Positions 9,375 through 17,999 of a stretch of 64,000 nucleotides of DNA are shown piece by piece (the first letter of the stretch is position 1; the number at the start of each line of letters is the position of its first letter). The position numbers and the translations under genes were made by a program. The stretch comes from a virus. The notes beneath the pieces were generated by a model. The model ran no database searches, had not been told where the DNA came from, and saw only the letters and a list, made by a program, of their open reading frames with translations. Location: positions 1 through 64,000 of the IMG/VR virus record IMGVR_UViG_3300029999_000002. One strand, given 5' to 3'.

Positions 9375-9808
9375 GTCCCTGTGCTACCAAATCCACCAGT
9401 GCCCCGTGCACTGTCTTCCAGGGCCATAACTTCCTCAATGCTCTCACCCGTGAACACTTCGGTTGGGAGCATTTGTGCGATACGGTCTCCTGCCTTGATC
9501 GTGAATGCTATAGCATGGCTCGTCATGATGACCTTGAGCTCACCTGTGTATCCAGCATCGATGACGCCGGCCGATACGGTGACGCCCTTAGCTGCTATTG
9601 AAGATCGATCCTTCAGCAGCAACCCAAACGTTCGTGCATCTTGATGTGACAGATGGAATGAGGCAGACACACCTGTTCTTACAAACGCGCGAACGCCTGG
9701 TTGAAGGAACACATCCTCCAAAGCGTACAGATCAAATCCAAGATCCTTTCCAGGGTGTGCAACTGTGGGCAGAATTGCCCCATCTTCAAGCCGTTTTACT
9801 TTTAGCAT
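9371..9808 (-). CDS. dut: trimeric dUTPase
   Basis: GFDL, RSS, GVIDAGYTGE, GDRIAQ, RGTGGFGSTG. Confidence 0.95.
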   Translation of the reverse strand: MLKVKRLEDGAILPTVAHPGKDLGFDLYALEDVFLQPGVRAFVRTGVSASFHLSHQDARTFGLLLKDRSSIAAKGVTVSAGVIDAGYTGELKVIMTSHAIAFTIKAGDRIAQMLPTEVFTGESIEEVMALEDSARGTGGFGSTGT

Positions 9809-10392
9809 CTTTGTAGCTTCCTCACTTTGGTTCTCATGTACCTAACTCGTTCCTTCACCGCTGTCTCAGTGAGGCCCATTGTGCTACCGATCTGCTCATA
9901 GTCCAGTCCCTGCCGAATGTAGTTGCAAATCAGCAGGTCGTGCCCCTGAATGAAATCAGGAAGCTTTCGCATGTACTGAACAGGTTCATCCCGGTAGAGT
10001 GCAGGATTGTCGTCAATGAAGCCATCCTCTCCCTCGATCTGCAACGGAACCCGCTTTGACACTTCCTTTGTTGAACTACTTTGTGCATCAGCCCCATGTG
10101 TATAGCAAATACGATTTAACCAAGAGTAGAAAATACTACAATCCCCCTTGAATGACGGTAGCTTGCTCCACACGATTAGCACAATGTCTTGCGCAAAGTC
10201 TTCCGCTCCCTCTGCCAGGTCATCCATGTCAAACAACACCGAGGTCATCTTTCCTCTTGCGAACTCGGTGACAGCCTTAAACAGAACTCCTTCAGACCCC
10301 TCTTCCTTTGCGAGGTAGCTTGCAAATGCTTTGTCAATCTTTGCCCGATTTCTTTTATAACCAATCTCGCGCAACCTACTCACTTCTGCCAC
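9802..10392 (-). CDS. phage-encoded ECF-like RNA polymerase sigma factor
   Basis: region 2 AEDFAQDIVLIVWSKL.SF.G...FYSWL.RI; region 4 GLDYEQIG..MGLTETAVK.R. Confidence 0.8.
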   Translation of the reverse strand: MAEVSRLREIGYKRNRAKIDKAFASYLAKEEGSEGVLFKAVTEFARGKMTSVLFDMDDLAEGAEDFAQDIVLIVWSKLPSFKGDCSIFYSWLNRICYTHGADAQSSSTKEVSKRVPLQIEGEDGFIDDNPALYRDEPVQYMRKLPDFIQGHDLLICNYIRQGLDYEQIGSTMGLTETAVKERVRYMRTKVRKLQRC

Positions 10393-12866
10393 CTTTTCGA
10401 GATCATCCCATCTGACTCCATCGGAACCACCTTCACGAACTCGGCGCCTGCGCGAATGATTGCATCTTCAACTGCGTCTGATACAGCCTGACTGTGTTGC
10501 TCCGGAGACTCAACAACAAACTCGTCATAGACATAGTTGAGCAGGAGAGCCAGGTAATCCGGTTCCAACACATGCCACAGATAAGGCTTTCCGTTAGGAT
10601 CAAACCCGCAGCCCATTGCGAGCATCATGAGTCGCGCACCTGTGCCCTGAATCGGCATATTTCCCGCTTCACGTTTCACAGCTGCAATCAAGTTCTGCAT
10701 CATCTGTGTGATCTTGTTCTGATCACACTTGTCACCATACTTTTCATACGCAGACTTCTTCGCTTGCTCATAGGAGACCTTCCGCATGATGCGCCTGCCA
10801 CCAGCTAGGTCTCGCGCCTCGCCCTTCTCATAGCCGTCGCTGCGAAGCTTCTCAAGGGTCTTCTGCGTGATCGCAAACTTTGTCTTCCAGGCATTGAGCA
10901 TGACCTCAACAACGTCCTTCGACTTCCCTAGCTCGTTGGCAAAGGAGAAGGCACTCTTGTCATAAACGACGCCAAAATTGAATGCCTTGTAGTCATTGCG
11001 GACCTCTTTGTGTTTGGGGCATTCACACTTCAACTGACCCTGATAGTAATAGGCACACTGAGGGTACGTCTTGACCTTGCCATGCACCGAGAGAACTGTC
11101 TCTGCATGGAGTGCGGACTTCTGCCACAGTTCAGGACTGATCATCTCGGCCGACATTGAGTGCAGATCCTTCTTGCCGAGGAAGGCAGAGATCCAAGCGG
11201 GTTCCTTTGAATACTCTGTGAGGATGCGAAGCTCTTGGCCGGCGCAATCCTTGCACACCATGTCATGGCCCTCGCGCGACACAAACGCTTCGCGATAGCG
11301 CCCCTCTTGCGGAAGGTTGAGCATGTTTGGGTTGGTGCAGGATGGTCTGCCTGTATCTGCTCCCGACTGCTGGAACCGAGCGTGGATTCGCCCGGTATGT
11401 GGGTCAACGAATCCCTTCTTTCCCGTTCGCTCATCAACCTGGTCCAGCGTAAGAATCCACCTGTACCCATATGTGGACAGAGCCTTTTCCAAACTGCGCT
11501 TCTTGCGTATGGCCTTGATGACAGGCAAGTCCGCGTGCTTCTCCATCGCCTTGTCGTTGGACTCTTTCATGTTGACCTTGTTGAGTCCAAAGTCTCCAGC
11601 CCAGAGTGCATTAAGAAGCTGCTGGGGAGCGTTGTAGTTGATGGCAGCCTGCCCCTGCATCTTGCTGAAGTCACTCTTGGCTTTAGCATTTCCCTTTGCT
11701 CGCTCCGCTGTGTATTCCTCTTTGGCAACAGCCTTGGCTGCCTTCCGCGCTGCCTCATGTGCAGACCGTAGCTCTTTGAGTTCAGCAGTGCGAACAGGGT
11801 CCTTGCGACAAAGGCGCAGTTGGGCGCTGAGATCAATCTCCTCGGGAGACTTCTCGTCATAGGACTTCCACACTGTCTCTAGACGATCAATGGCAGCCTG
11901 GTCCCACATTTGCTTCTGCCCCACAACTGGCAGGAAGTGTTTGTCCATCTCGTCAATGGCGGCTAGCAGGTCTCGTTCGTTGTCCTCATTGATCTTCTTC
12001 CACTGCTCGGGATCAGCCAGCATCCCGTTCAGGTGCATGTCACCGAACGCGGGAATCGCATCCATGGTGATCCGAACAGACCTGTCAAGCTTCGCCTCTG
12101 CCACCTTCTTCAGTTGCGTGCTGTAGATTCCAAAGGGCAGACGAATGTCCAGCGCCATGTAGATGATTTGTTCATCAGTCAGAGGGGACGATAGATCGAA
12201 TGTGGTCTGCGACTCTTTGCTAATCTGCAACTTCTGGTAACGGCGAACGAGGTCAGCGAGTCCCCAGAAGTCTTTCTGGTGGACAGGAATCAGGCCGGCC
12301 GTGAGATCTCGTTCTGCCCTGAGTGTGCACCAGAAGTTCCAGGCGCGAATGCCCAGGCACCACTTCGAGACCGTGTACTCGAACTCAAGGAAGTGGCCAA
12401 TCTTCAGATGGCTATTCGATTCCAACGTGGGACGGATCACCTTGATAACAGGTTCGAGAATTGACCTGTCCTCTGCGGACATGGTATTATTTTCCCTGTA
12501 TAGCCCTTGTCCCCTGATTAGCCGTTCTGGGGTTTCGGCAAATGCAAGGAGATCAATCAGGTACTGCTCATTGCGGTCCCCTATCTGCAGAGTCCGAGCT
12601 CGTCTGTTGTAGAAGGTGTCTACGCAGTTGGTTTCATAATCGAAGACGTACTTGTCAACTCGCGCATAGTATGCAGCCAGCTTGTCAAGTCCTGCCCCAT
12701 CAACCACCATGATGGGATTGAGCGAAGGAACCAGAGTGTACGGGTTCAGTTTGGGAATGTCTGGATACTTGTTCTCTTCCTCTTCGGAGGCATCAAGATC
12801 AAATCCAGGATAGGAAGCAAACCGTTTCAGGTCGAGATCAAATTCGTAAACATCGAGTTTCTGCAT
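10380..12866 (-). CDS. family A DNA polymerase with 3'-5' exonuclease domain
   Basis: exo I FDYET, exo III YMALD; TGRPSCTNPNMLNLP; motif A DCAGQELRIL; motif B KAFNFGVVY; NMPIQGT; motif C VYDE. Confidence 0.92.
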   Translation of the reverse strand: MQKLDVYEFDLDLKRFASYPGFDLDASEEEENKYPDIPKLNPYTLVPSLNPIMVVDGAGLDKLAAYYARVDKYVFDYETNCVDTFYNRRARTLQIGDRNEQYLIDLLAFAETPERLIRGQGLYRENNTMSAEDRSILEPVIKVIRPTLESNSHLKIGHFLEFEYTVSKWCLGIRAWNFWCTLRAERDLTAGLIPVHQKDFWGLADLVRRYQKLQISKESQTTFDLSSPLTDEQIIYMALDIRLPFGIYSTQLKKVAEAKLDRSVRITMDAIPAFGDMHLNGMLADPEQWKKINEDNERDLLAAIDEMDKHFLPVVGQKQMWDQAAIDRLETVWKSYDEKSPEEIDLSAQLRLCRKDPVRTAELKELRSAHEAARKAAKAVAKEEYTAERAKGNAKAKSDFSKMQGQAAINYNAPQQLLNALWAGDFGLNKVNMKESNDKAMEKHADLPVIKAIRKKRSLEKALSTYGYRWILTLDQVDERTGKKGFVDPHTGRIHARFQQSGADTGRPSCTNPNMLNLPQEGRYREAFVSREGHDMVCKDCAGQELRILTEYSKEPAWISAFLGKKDLHSMSAEMISPELWQKSALHAETVLSVHGKVKTYPQCAYYYQGQLKCECPKHKEVRNDYKAFNFGVVYDKSAFSFANELGKSKDVVEVMLNAWKTKFAITQKTLEKLRSDGYEKGEARDLAGGRRIMRKVSYEQAKKSAYEKYGDKCDQNKITQMMQNLIAAVKREAGNMPIQGTGARLMMLAMGCGFDPNGKPYLWHVLEPDYLALLLNYVYDEFVVESPEQHSQAVSDAVEDAIIRAGAEFVKVVPMESDGMISKRWQK

Positions 12867-12874
12867 GAGGTTCT

Positions 12875-12922
12875 AGTATGGAGCAAGTCCTCACGCATGT
12901 CAAGGTTTTTTATACTGCATCA
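12875..12922 (-). promoter_or_regulatory. sigma70 promoter of the replication operon with ATRCAG box
   Basis: ATGCAG, 11 nt, TTGACA, 17 nt, CATACT. Confidence 0.6.
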
Positions 12923-12934
12923 AGGGAGTGTCAA

Positions 12935-13237
12935 ATGGCAGAAGATTTCAATAACGTAAAGGTATGGATGGAAGGCAAGCTGAGGGATCGTGGGCTGAGC
13001 ACCAGTCGACTGACACACCTAACTGGATACAAGATTTCCAGTGCTTCAGTCTTCCGATGGTACAACGACACATTCCGGCCGACTGAGAACAATATGCAAT
13101 TGATTTGCGATACGCTCAACCGGGTACCGCTGGTGACAAACAGTGCCACTCCTAAGTTTCAGGAAGTTCCCCTAGCCGAGGGAATGGCACAATTCAGTAA
13201 GCGCCCATGGAAGAACCGTACTAAACAAACACGCTGA
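12935..13237 (+). CDS. HTH (XRE-like) regulator
   Basis: LRDRGLSTSRL...ISSASVFRWYN...P...MQLICDTL; GGGAG RBS before ATG 12935. Confidence 0.65.
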   Translation: MAEDFNNVKVWMEGKLRDRGLSTSRLTHLTGYKISSASVFRWYNDTFRPTENNMQLICDTLNRVPLVTNSATPKFQEVPLAEGMAQFSKRPWKNRTKQTR

Positions 13238-13475
13238 CCGTGTATTTCTCTCCAAGTACCAACAACTGCAGCATATCGACCTGAGTGTCACCAAGTTTGA
13301 AACCCCGGTCGGCGACGGGAGGGTTACCCCAGACAGCCAGCTGGTGTGTTTCATACATTGAACAAAACTTTGACTTGAGTTGGTCTGCGAAGATTGCGTC
13401 AAGTGTCGGCGCCCCATCCAGGAGATAGGACAGATCCCCGTCAATAATCTTTAGACCACCAAACTCATCCTCCAC
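13221..13475 (-). CDS. hypothetical protein
   Basis: 84 aa ORF, start uncertain. Confidence 0.4.
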   Translation of the reverse strand: MEDEFGGLKIIDGDLSYLLDGAPTLDAIFADQLKSKFCSMYETHQLAVWGNPPVADRGFKLGDTQVDMLQLLVLGEKYTVSVFV

Positions 13476-13808
13476 TGTAAAGCCCAGGAAAATATGTTCA
13501 TCAAAATGTGCCCGGAGGCTCTCTTTTGCAGAGGCGCATAGGGTAGTGTGAGATACGGTTGCATCACAACTACAGGAACACCGGGAGCAAAAGTGCAGAC
13601 AACAGATGCGGCATTGGTTGAGATCGTCCGGAAGAAACGAGTGGCATCCAGCACAGAAAGCAGATGCTAACGTTATTGTTCTTAGAGAGTTACCTATTTG
13701 CTCTGCAATTGATGGTTTAATGGTTACACCCGAGGGAATGAATTGTGTGCAGCGAAAGTAACTAGATAGTACACTATTTAAATTCTCTGCATAGGGTTGC
13801 CCTGTGGA

Positions 13809-13889
13809 AAACTATTTTGCATCTATTTCACTACTACTTCACACTTGCCTCTTCAAAAAACGGTCTATGACTATAGAGGGATAAATAAG
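13809..13889 (+). promoter_or_regulatory. ECF-type (putative late) promoter, copy 1 of an ~80 bp direct repeat
   Basis: CACACTT (13840-46), 16 nt, GTCTAT (13863-68), then GACTATAGAGGG; homologous to 14413..14492. Confidence 0.7.
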
Positions 13890-14230
13890 TTTGTTCCCTT
13901 CTTTGGCGACTTGAACACCAGTCGCGGATTCCTGAGACAGCCTCACAGATGCCGGAACTCTCCAGAGCGAGAAGGCGTGAGCAACCTGAAACCCAGATGA
14001 TCCCAATACCCTGACGTTTACGATCAGGTCCACCAGACAAAGGTGATGAGGCAGTTTGCCGGCTTTGTACCTGCATGACGGTACCGCATCGATGAGGCTC
14101 GCTTGGAGCTCCGCAACATTCGGTCATGCGTTAAGAGGGAGTGCATTCCTACAAAGGGGAATGGCTGCGTAATGACCGGGATAGCCAAGCTTAGATGGGA
14201 ATACCCATTCCGAAACCCCCTCCCTCTAAT
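13877..14230 (+). ncRNA. putative ~350 nt structured non-coding RNA (RNA-1)
   Basis: many stems, e.g. 13906-11/13920-25, 13960-71/14098-108, 14121-27/14172-78, plus an 8-bp pseudoknot 14134-41/14220-27; no credible ORF. Confidence 0.55.
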
Positions 14231-14412
14231 TGACAGCTAGGTCTTAACTAGGAAACAGTGTTGTTTACTTAATCTATAAACAATGATTGTAAACAACTTA
14301 GTAACATATTGTTAACTACGCGCGAGATAAAAATTTTGTAGATTTTCGCCAAGCGAGAGGCAGAAGAGGCAGAAAGTTTCTTGCATTGTCGGTGTTCCGC
14401 CCCGGCCCCGCG

Positions 14413-14492
14413 AACTATTTTCAAACTATTTCTTTCTAGATTCACACTTAGTTGTCAAAAAAACGGTCTATGACTATAGAGGGGTAATTAAG
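14413..14492 (+). promoter_or_regulatory. ECF-type (putative late) promoter, copy 2
   Basis: CACACTT (14443-49), 16 nt, GTCTAT (14466-71), then GACTATAGAGGG. Confidence 0.7.
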
Positions 14493-15045
14493 TTTTACCT
14501 TCCCGCGCATAGTATGCGCACCCAATAAATACAAATTTGACTTTGCGCGCTGCCATTGTGTTGGTCGGTTCACGACTCCAGGCGCGCGTTCCTATGTGAA
14601 GCCGAAATCCCCACTTCCGGGTGCAACCCTCGTTTCGTGGGTCAGTAGGGCTTTCCCGGTAGAAATCCGGCACATAGGTAAATTCCGAGAAACCCTTAGG
14701 GGATGAAGGTACAGAACGGCTTGATGGAGCTTTGAAGAGCCCTGCCGAGACAAGAAGCAACTCCCATGACACTACTCGACTGTACGAGTGGATCTCAGAG
14801 CCTTATGGTGTCTGACTAATGTGTCTTCTCGATTGACGAGACTCCCTCGGATGGGCTTCAACCCAAAGTGGAGCAAGCGGGGTTCATAGCCCTGCACCCG
14901 TTCACCTGCCATGTGTAGGAGGAATTGGACTGACGCTGCGCGCCGGTCTCAAACAGATGGGGCGTGGAAGTTTGATTACAAAGCATTGACTCCGCGCGAC
15001 ATGATTACTGCTCTGATGCGGATTATCCACGTAGCGCAAATCAGG
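14480..15045 (+). ncRNA. putative ~560 nt structured non-coding RNA or late-operon leader (RNA-2)
   Basis: nested stems 14591-98/14671-78 and 14684-89/14846-51; hairpins at 14774-89, 14827-41 and 14877-95; no credible ORF. Confidence 0.6.
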
Positions 15046-15053
15046 AGGTTCCA

Positions 15054-15221
15054 ATGATCAATCCATTCAAACATACAGGCAAAGTAGTATCGGATGCGTA
15101 TAAGTCCGCCAATGGCAGTGACTGTTGCCCTGGTCTGTGTGTGGCAGCCACCACGGTATTTGTTCTACCTTTTGCAGTTCCCTACTCTCTGGTTAGTGCC
15201 TTCTTCAAGAAGTCTGAGTAG
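15054..15221 (+). CDS. small membrane protein (55 aa, MINPFKHTGK...), not in the ORF track
   Basis: AGGAGG RBS; hydrophobic C-terminal half; stop overlaps the HNH start. Confidence 0.6.
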   Translation: MINPFKHTGKVVSDAYKSANGSDCCPGLCVAATTVFVLPFAVPYSLVSAFFKKSE

Positions 15222-15610
15222 TGGCCCAACGCACCAAGAAGAACTGTGCAACGGCTGGCTGCCCGAATAAGAGCCTCACACGCTGGTGTGATACCTGCGC
15301 TAAGGTTCCAGCCATCGTGCGCCCCTACGACACCCTGAGGGGCAGCAGTACGGCTCGTGGATATGATTACCAGTGGAAGCGCACCAGGCTAGTGGCCCTC
15401 AGGCGGGATCATTTTCTCTGTCAGCGCTGCCTCCAGATGGAGAACCGGCCGACTCCTGCAACTGAAGTCCATCACATCATCGGTATCGACGAGGACCCAA
15501 GCCTGAGGCTGGTTGTAGAAAACCTGATGTCCGTCTGCTCACCGTGTCATAAGGTGCTAACGATTGAGGATCAGGGTGTGTTCGGAAGAGCACCAACAAA
15601 TAAAGCTTAG
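15221..15610 (+). CDS. HNH endonuclease (HK97 gp74-like terminase cofactor)
   Basis: RGY..QW...R...L.RD..LCQRC...ATEVHHI...NLMSVC..CH; directly upstream of terS. Confidence 0.92.
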   Translation: MAQRTKKNCATAGCPNKSLTRWCDTCAKVPAIVRPYDTLRGSSTARGYDYQWKRTRLVALRRDHFLCQRCLQMENRPTPATEVHHIIGIDEDPSLRLVVENLMSVCSPCHKVLTIEDQGVFGRAPTNKA

Positions 15611-16006
15611 GTGGGAACAATGGCACCAAGAACTAAAACGCTTGATGAGGCACTGCTTTCCGGTGCAGTAGCTAAGAATCCCCAGCGTTACACTGATAGA
15701 CCCCCAGCCGTTCCCAAAGAACCTCTAGGTCGCGCCCCACGTCACTTGAACGCTAAGGAGCAGAAGGTTTGGCGTGAGCTCATTGCTCAGGCCCCTGCCG
15801 GATCTCTCGGAACCTGTGACACAGTGGCCATCGAGGTTGCTGTCCGGATGACGATGATGATGCGCGAAGGCAAGATGCTGAAGACCAGCGAACTTGCCAG
15901 TTACTTCAAGGTGCTTACTTCCCTTGGGATGACGCCGGCCGACCGTGGGAGAATCGCAGTAGCACCCCCACCAGAAAGTGATGACGGCCTCAGCGATCTT
16001 GACTAG
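15611..16006 (+). CDS. terminase small subunit (P27-like)
   Basis: APRHL...EQKVW and LGMTPADR motifs; position between HNH and terL. Confidence 0.85.
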   Translation: MGTMAPRTKTLDEALLSGAVAKNPQRYTDRPPAVPKEPLGRAPRHLNAKEQKVWRELIAQAPAGSLGTCDTVAIEVAVRMTMMMREGKMLKTSELASYFKVLTSLGMTPADRGRIAVAPPPESDDGLSDLD

Positions 16007-16023
16007 GCACGAAAGGATTATCT

Positions 16024-17763
16024 GTGCCTCGACTTCTAAACGGCCTCACACATCCTGAGGCTGCAACTCAGTATGCGCGCGACGTTGTAGACGGCACGAT
16101 AGTAGCCTGCAAATTCGTAAAGCAAGCGTGCCTACGCCACTTGAACGACCTGGTTAGATCCGAGACCACAGATTATCCGTACGTGTATGACCACAAGAAG
16201 GCGCAGAGATTCTGCACGTTCTTTGAAAAGCTTCCACATGTTGAAGGCAAGTGGGCAGCGCGTAAAGAGCTTCTGGTCATGGAGCCATGGCAGTGCTTCA
16301 TTGCATGTTCCATATTTGGGTGGGTGAAGAAGTCAGATGGCTACCGCAGATTCAAGCGCGCCTACTGTTGTGTACCTCGTAAGAATGGCAAGAGCGCGTT
16401 TGCGGCTGTCATTGCTGATTTCATGTTGGTTCTCGATGGTGAGCATGGAGCGCAGGTATACTCTGGTGCCACTTCAAAGGATCAAGCATCATTCGTATTC
16501 AATCCAGCCAAGAAGATGCTGGAACAGTCCCCTGCTATCTGCAAGAAGTATGGTGTGGTAGTCAATGCAGACTCAGTAACTGTAATGAGGACAAACTCAA
16601 AGTTTGTCAGACTCATTGGCAATCCTGGTGATGGTTCCTCACCCCATGGATATATTTGTGACGAGCATCACGAGGCCGAAGACTCGCTTCAGTATGACAC
16701 AATGACTTCCGGAATGGGAGCTCGTGAGCAGCCCCTTGCCTTCGTCATTACCACTGCAGGCTTTAACACGGCTGGACCTTGCTACCTACTTCAGAAAGAC
16801 ATGGAGAAGATACTCGAAGGTTCTATGGTTGCAGAGACTAGATTTGCAATCATCTACACCTGCGATCTTGAAGCTTATACATTCAATGGGCAGGACTTTG
16901 AGCCTGATGACTGGACTTCGGAAGCCGCGCTAATAAAGGCCAACCCCAATTGGGGAACTTCAGTCAACATTGCTGACGCCTTGGAAGAGCAGCGGGAAGC
17001 CATTATCTCCACAGAGAAGCAGAACCTCTTCAAGACTAAGAAGCTGAACATCTGGTGCTTTGCACGTAATGGTTTCTTCAATGTTGCCAAATGGATTAAC
17101 TGCTTTGACAAAGAGATGAAGCGTGAAGACTTCCTGGGCAAGCCGTGCATCAAGGGTCTTGATCTAGGATCTCAGATTGATCTCACAGCCGACGTGACTG
17201 TGTTCCAGAAGATGAATGAGGCAGACAACACTCTGCACTATTACATCTTTGGTCGCTACTATGTTCCTGAAGCCACTGTTGAACTCCCCACGAATCAGCA
17301 CTATCAGAAGTGGGTTCACGACGGCGCACTAATTGCTACGCCTGGTGACGAGATTGATTATCCAACTGTTCGCACGAACATTCTAGTGGATGTCGCCGAG
17401 TTTGATGTCAAGGAGTTTGCATTTGACTCGCACCAAGCAACGCTGATGAAGCAGGAGATCATTGAAGAGACTGGGATCGAAGCTGGTGTTGTTACCCAGA
17501 ACGCTCAGACACTCAACATCCCCATGAAGTGGTTGCAGGCCATGATGACATCCGGCCGACTTCACCACGATGGGAACCCTGTACTCACCTGGTGTGTGTC
17601 GAACACGATCTCCAGAGAAGACCGCAACGAGAACGACTTTCCAAACAAAGAGAGACCCGAAAATAAGATTGACGGTGTGTCTGCGATGTTGTGTGCGTTC
17701 AGTCGAATTCGCGCAGTGCTTGGTGAGACTGGTGACGGAAAATTTGTTTATAACGGAATGTAG
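16024..17763 (+). CDS. terminase large subunit (HK97-like cos type)
   Basis: PWQ, Walker A PRKNGKS, Walker B ICDEHH, ITTAG, GLDLG, KIDG. Confidence 0.97.
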   Translation: MPRLLNGLTHPEAATQYARDVVDGTIVACKFVKQACLRHLNDLVRSETTDYPYVYDHKKAQRFCTFFEKLPHVEGKWAARKELLVMEPWQCFIACSIFGWVKKSDGYRRFKRAYCCVPRKNGKSAFAAVIADFMLVLDGEHGAQVYSGATSKDQASFVFNPAKKMLEQSPAICKKYGVVVNADSVTVMRTNSKFVRLIGNPGDGSSPHGYICDEHHEAEDSLQYDTMTSGMGAREQPLAFVITTAGFNTAGPCYLLQKDMEKILEGSMVAETRFAIIYTCDLEAYTFNGQDFEPDDWTSEAALIKANPNWGTSVNIADALEEQREAIISTEKQNLFKTKKLNIWCFARNGFFNVAKWINCFDKEMKREDFLGKPCIKGLDLGSQIDLTADVTVFQKMNEADNTLHYYIFGRYYVPEATVELPTNQHYQKWVHDGALIATPGDEIDYPTVRTNILVDVAEFDVKEFAFDSHQATLMKQEIIEETGIEAGVVTQNAQTLNIPMKWLQAMMTSGRLHHDGNPVLTWCVSNTISREDRNENDFPNKERPENKIDGVSAMLCAFSRIRAVLGETGDGKFVYNGM

Positions 17764-17777
17764 TTCCGACGAGGCTC

Positions 17778-17936
17778 ATGCAAAACATTGTTACGGCAAT
17801 AGGCGTTGCCCTGATCACTCTGGGCATCGCCTTTATTTATTGGAAGGCAGCACTTATCTTCCTCGGAATTTTCTTGGTGGTTGCAGCAGTGAAGGGTTTT
17901 GATGATCCTCCTCGGACCACACCTAACAACAGCTAG
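17778..17936 (+). CDS. small two-TM membrane protein between terL and portal (52 aa)
   Basis: MQNIVTAIGVALITLGIAFIYWKAALIFLGIFLVV; GAGG RBS; usual position in HK97-like phages. Confidence 0.75.
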   Translation: MQNIVTAIGVALITLGIAFIYWKAALIFLGIFLVVAAVKGFDDPPRTTPNNS

Positions 17937-17999
17937 ATAAGGATGGACTCCCATGCCTGAATTAATCATGAGCGGGATAGTCACGGGAGGCACTTCACA

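Noticed and set aside
13863-13880. T7-like promoter (GACTATAGAGGG)
   Set aside because: Only partial similarity and no single-subunit RNA polymerase in the window; the ECF reading explains the conserved 16-nt spacing better
14545-14590. tRNA or tmRNA fragment (GGTTCACGACTCC)
   Set aside because: No full cloverleaf, anticodon arm or CCA end; treated as part of RNA-2
14678-15110. Group I intron reading of RNA-2 (AAATTCCGAGAAACCCT like P, GAGACT like R, TATAAGTCC like S)
   Set aside because: No P3 pairing found, no interrupted host gene, and the S-like word lies inside a credible small ORF with a strong RBS
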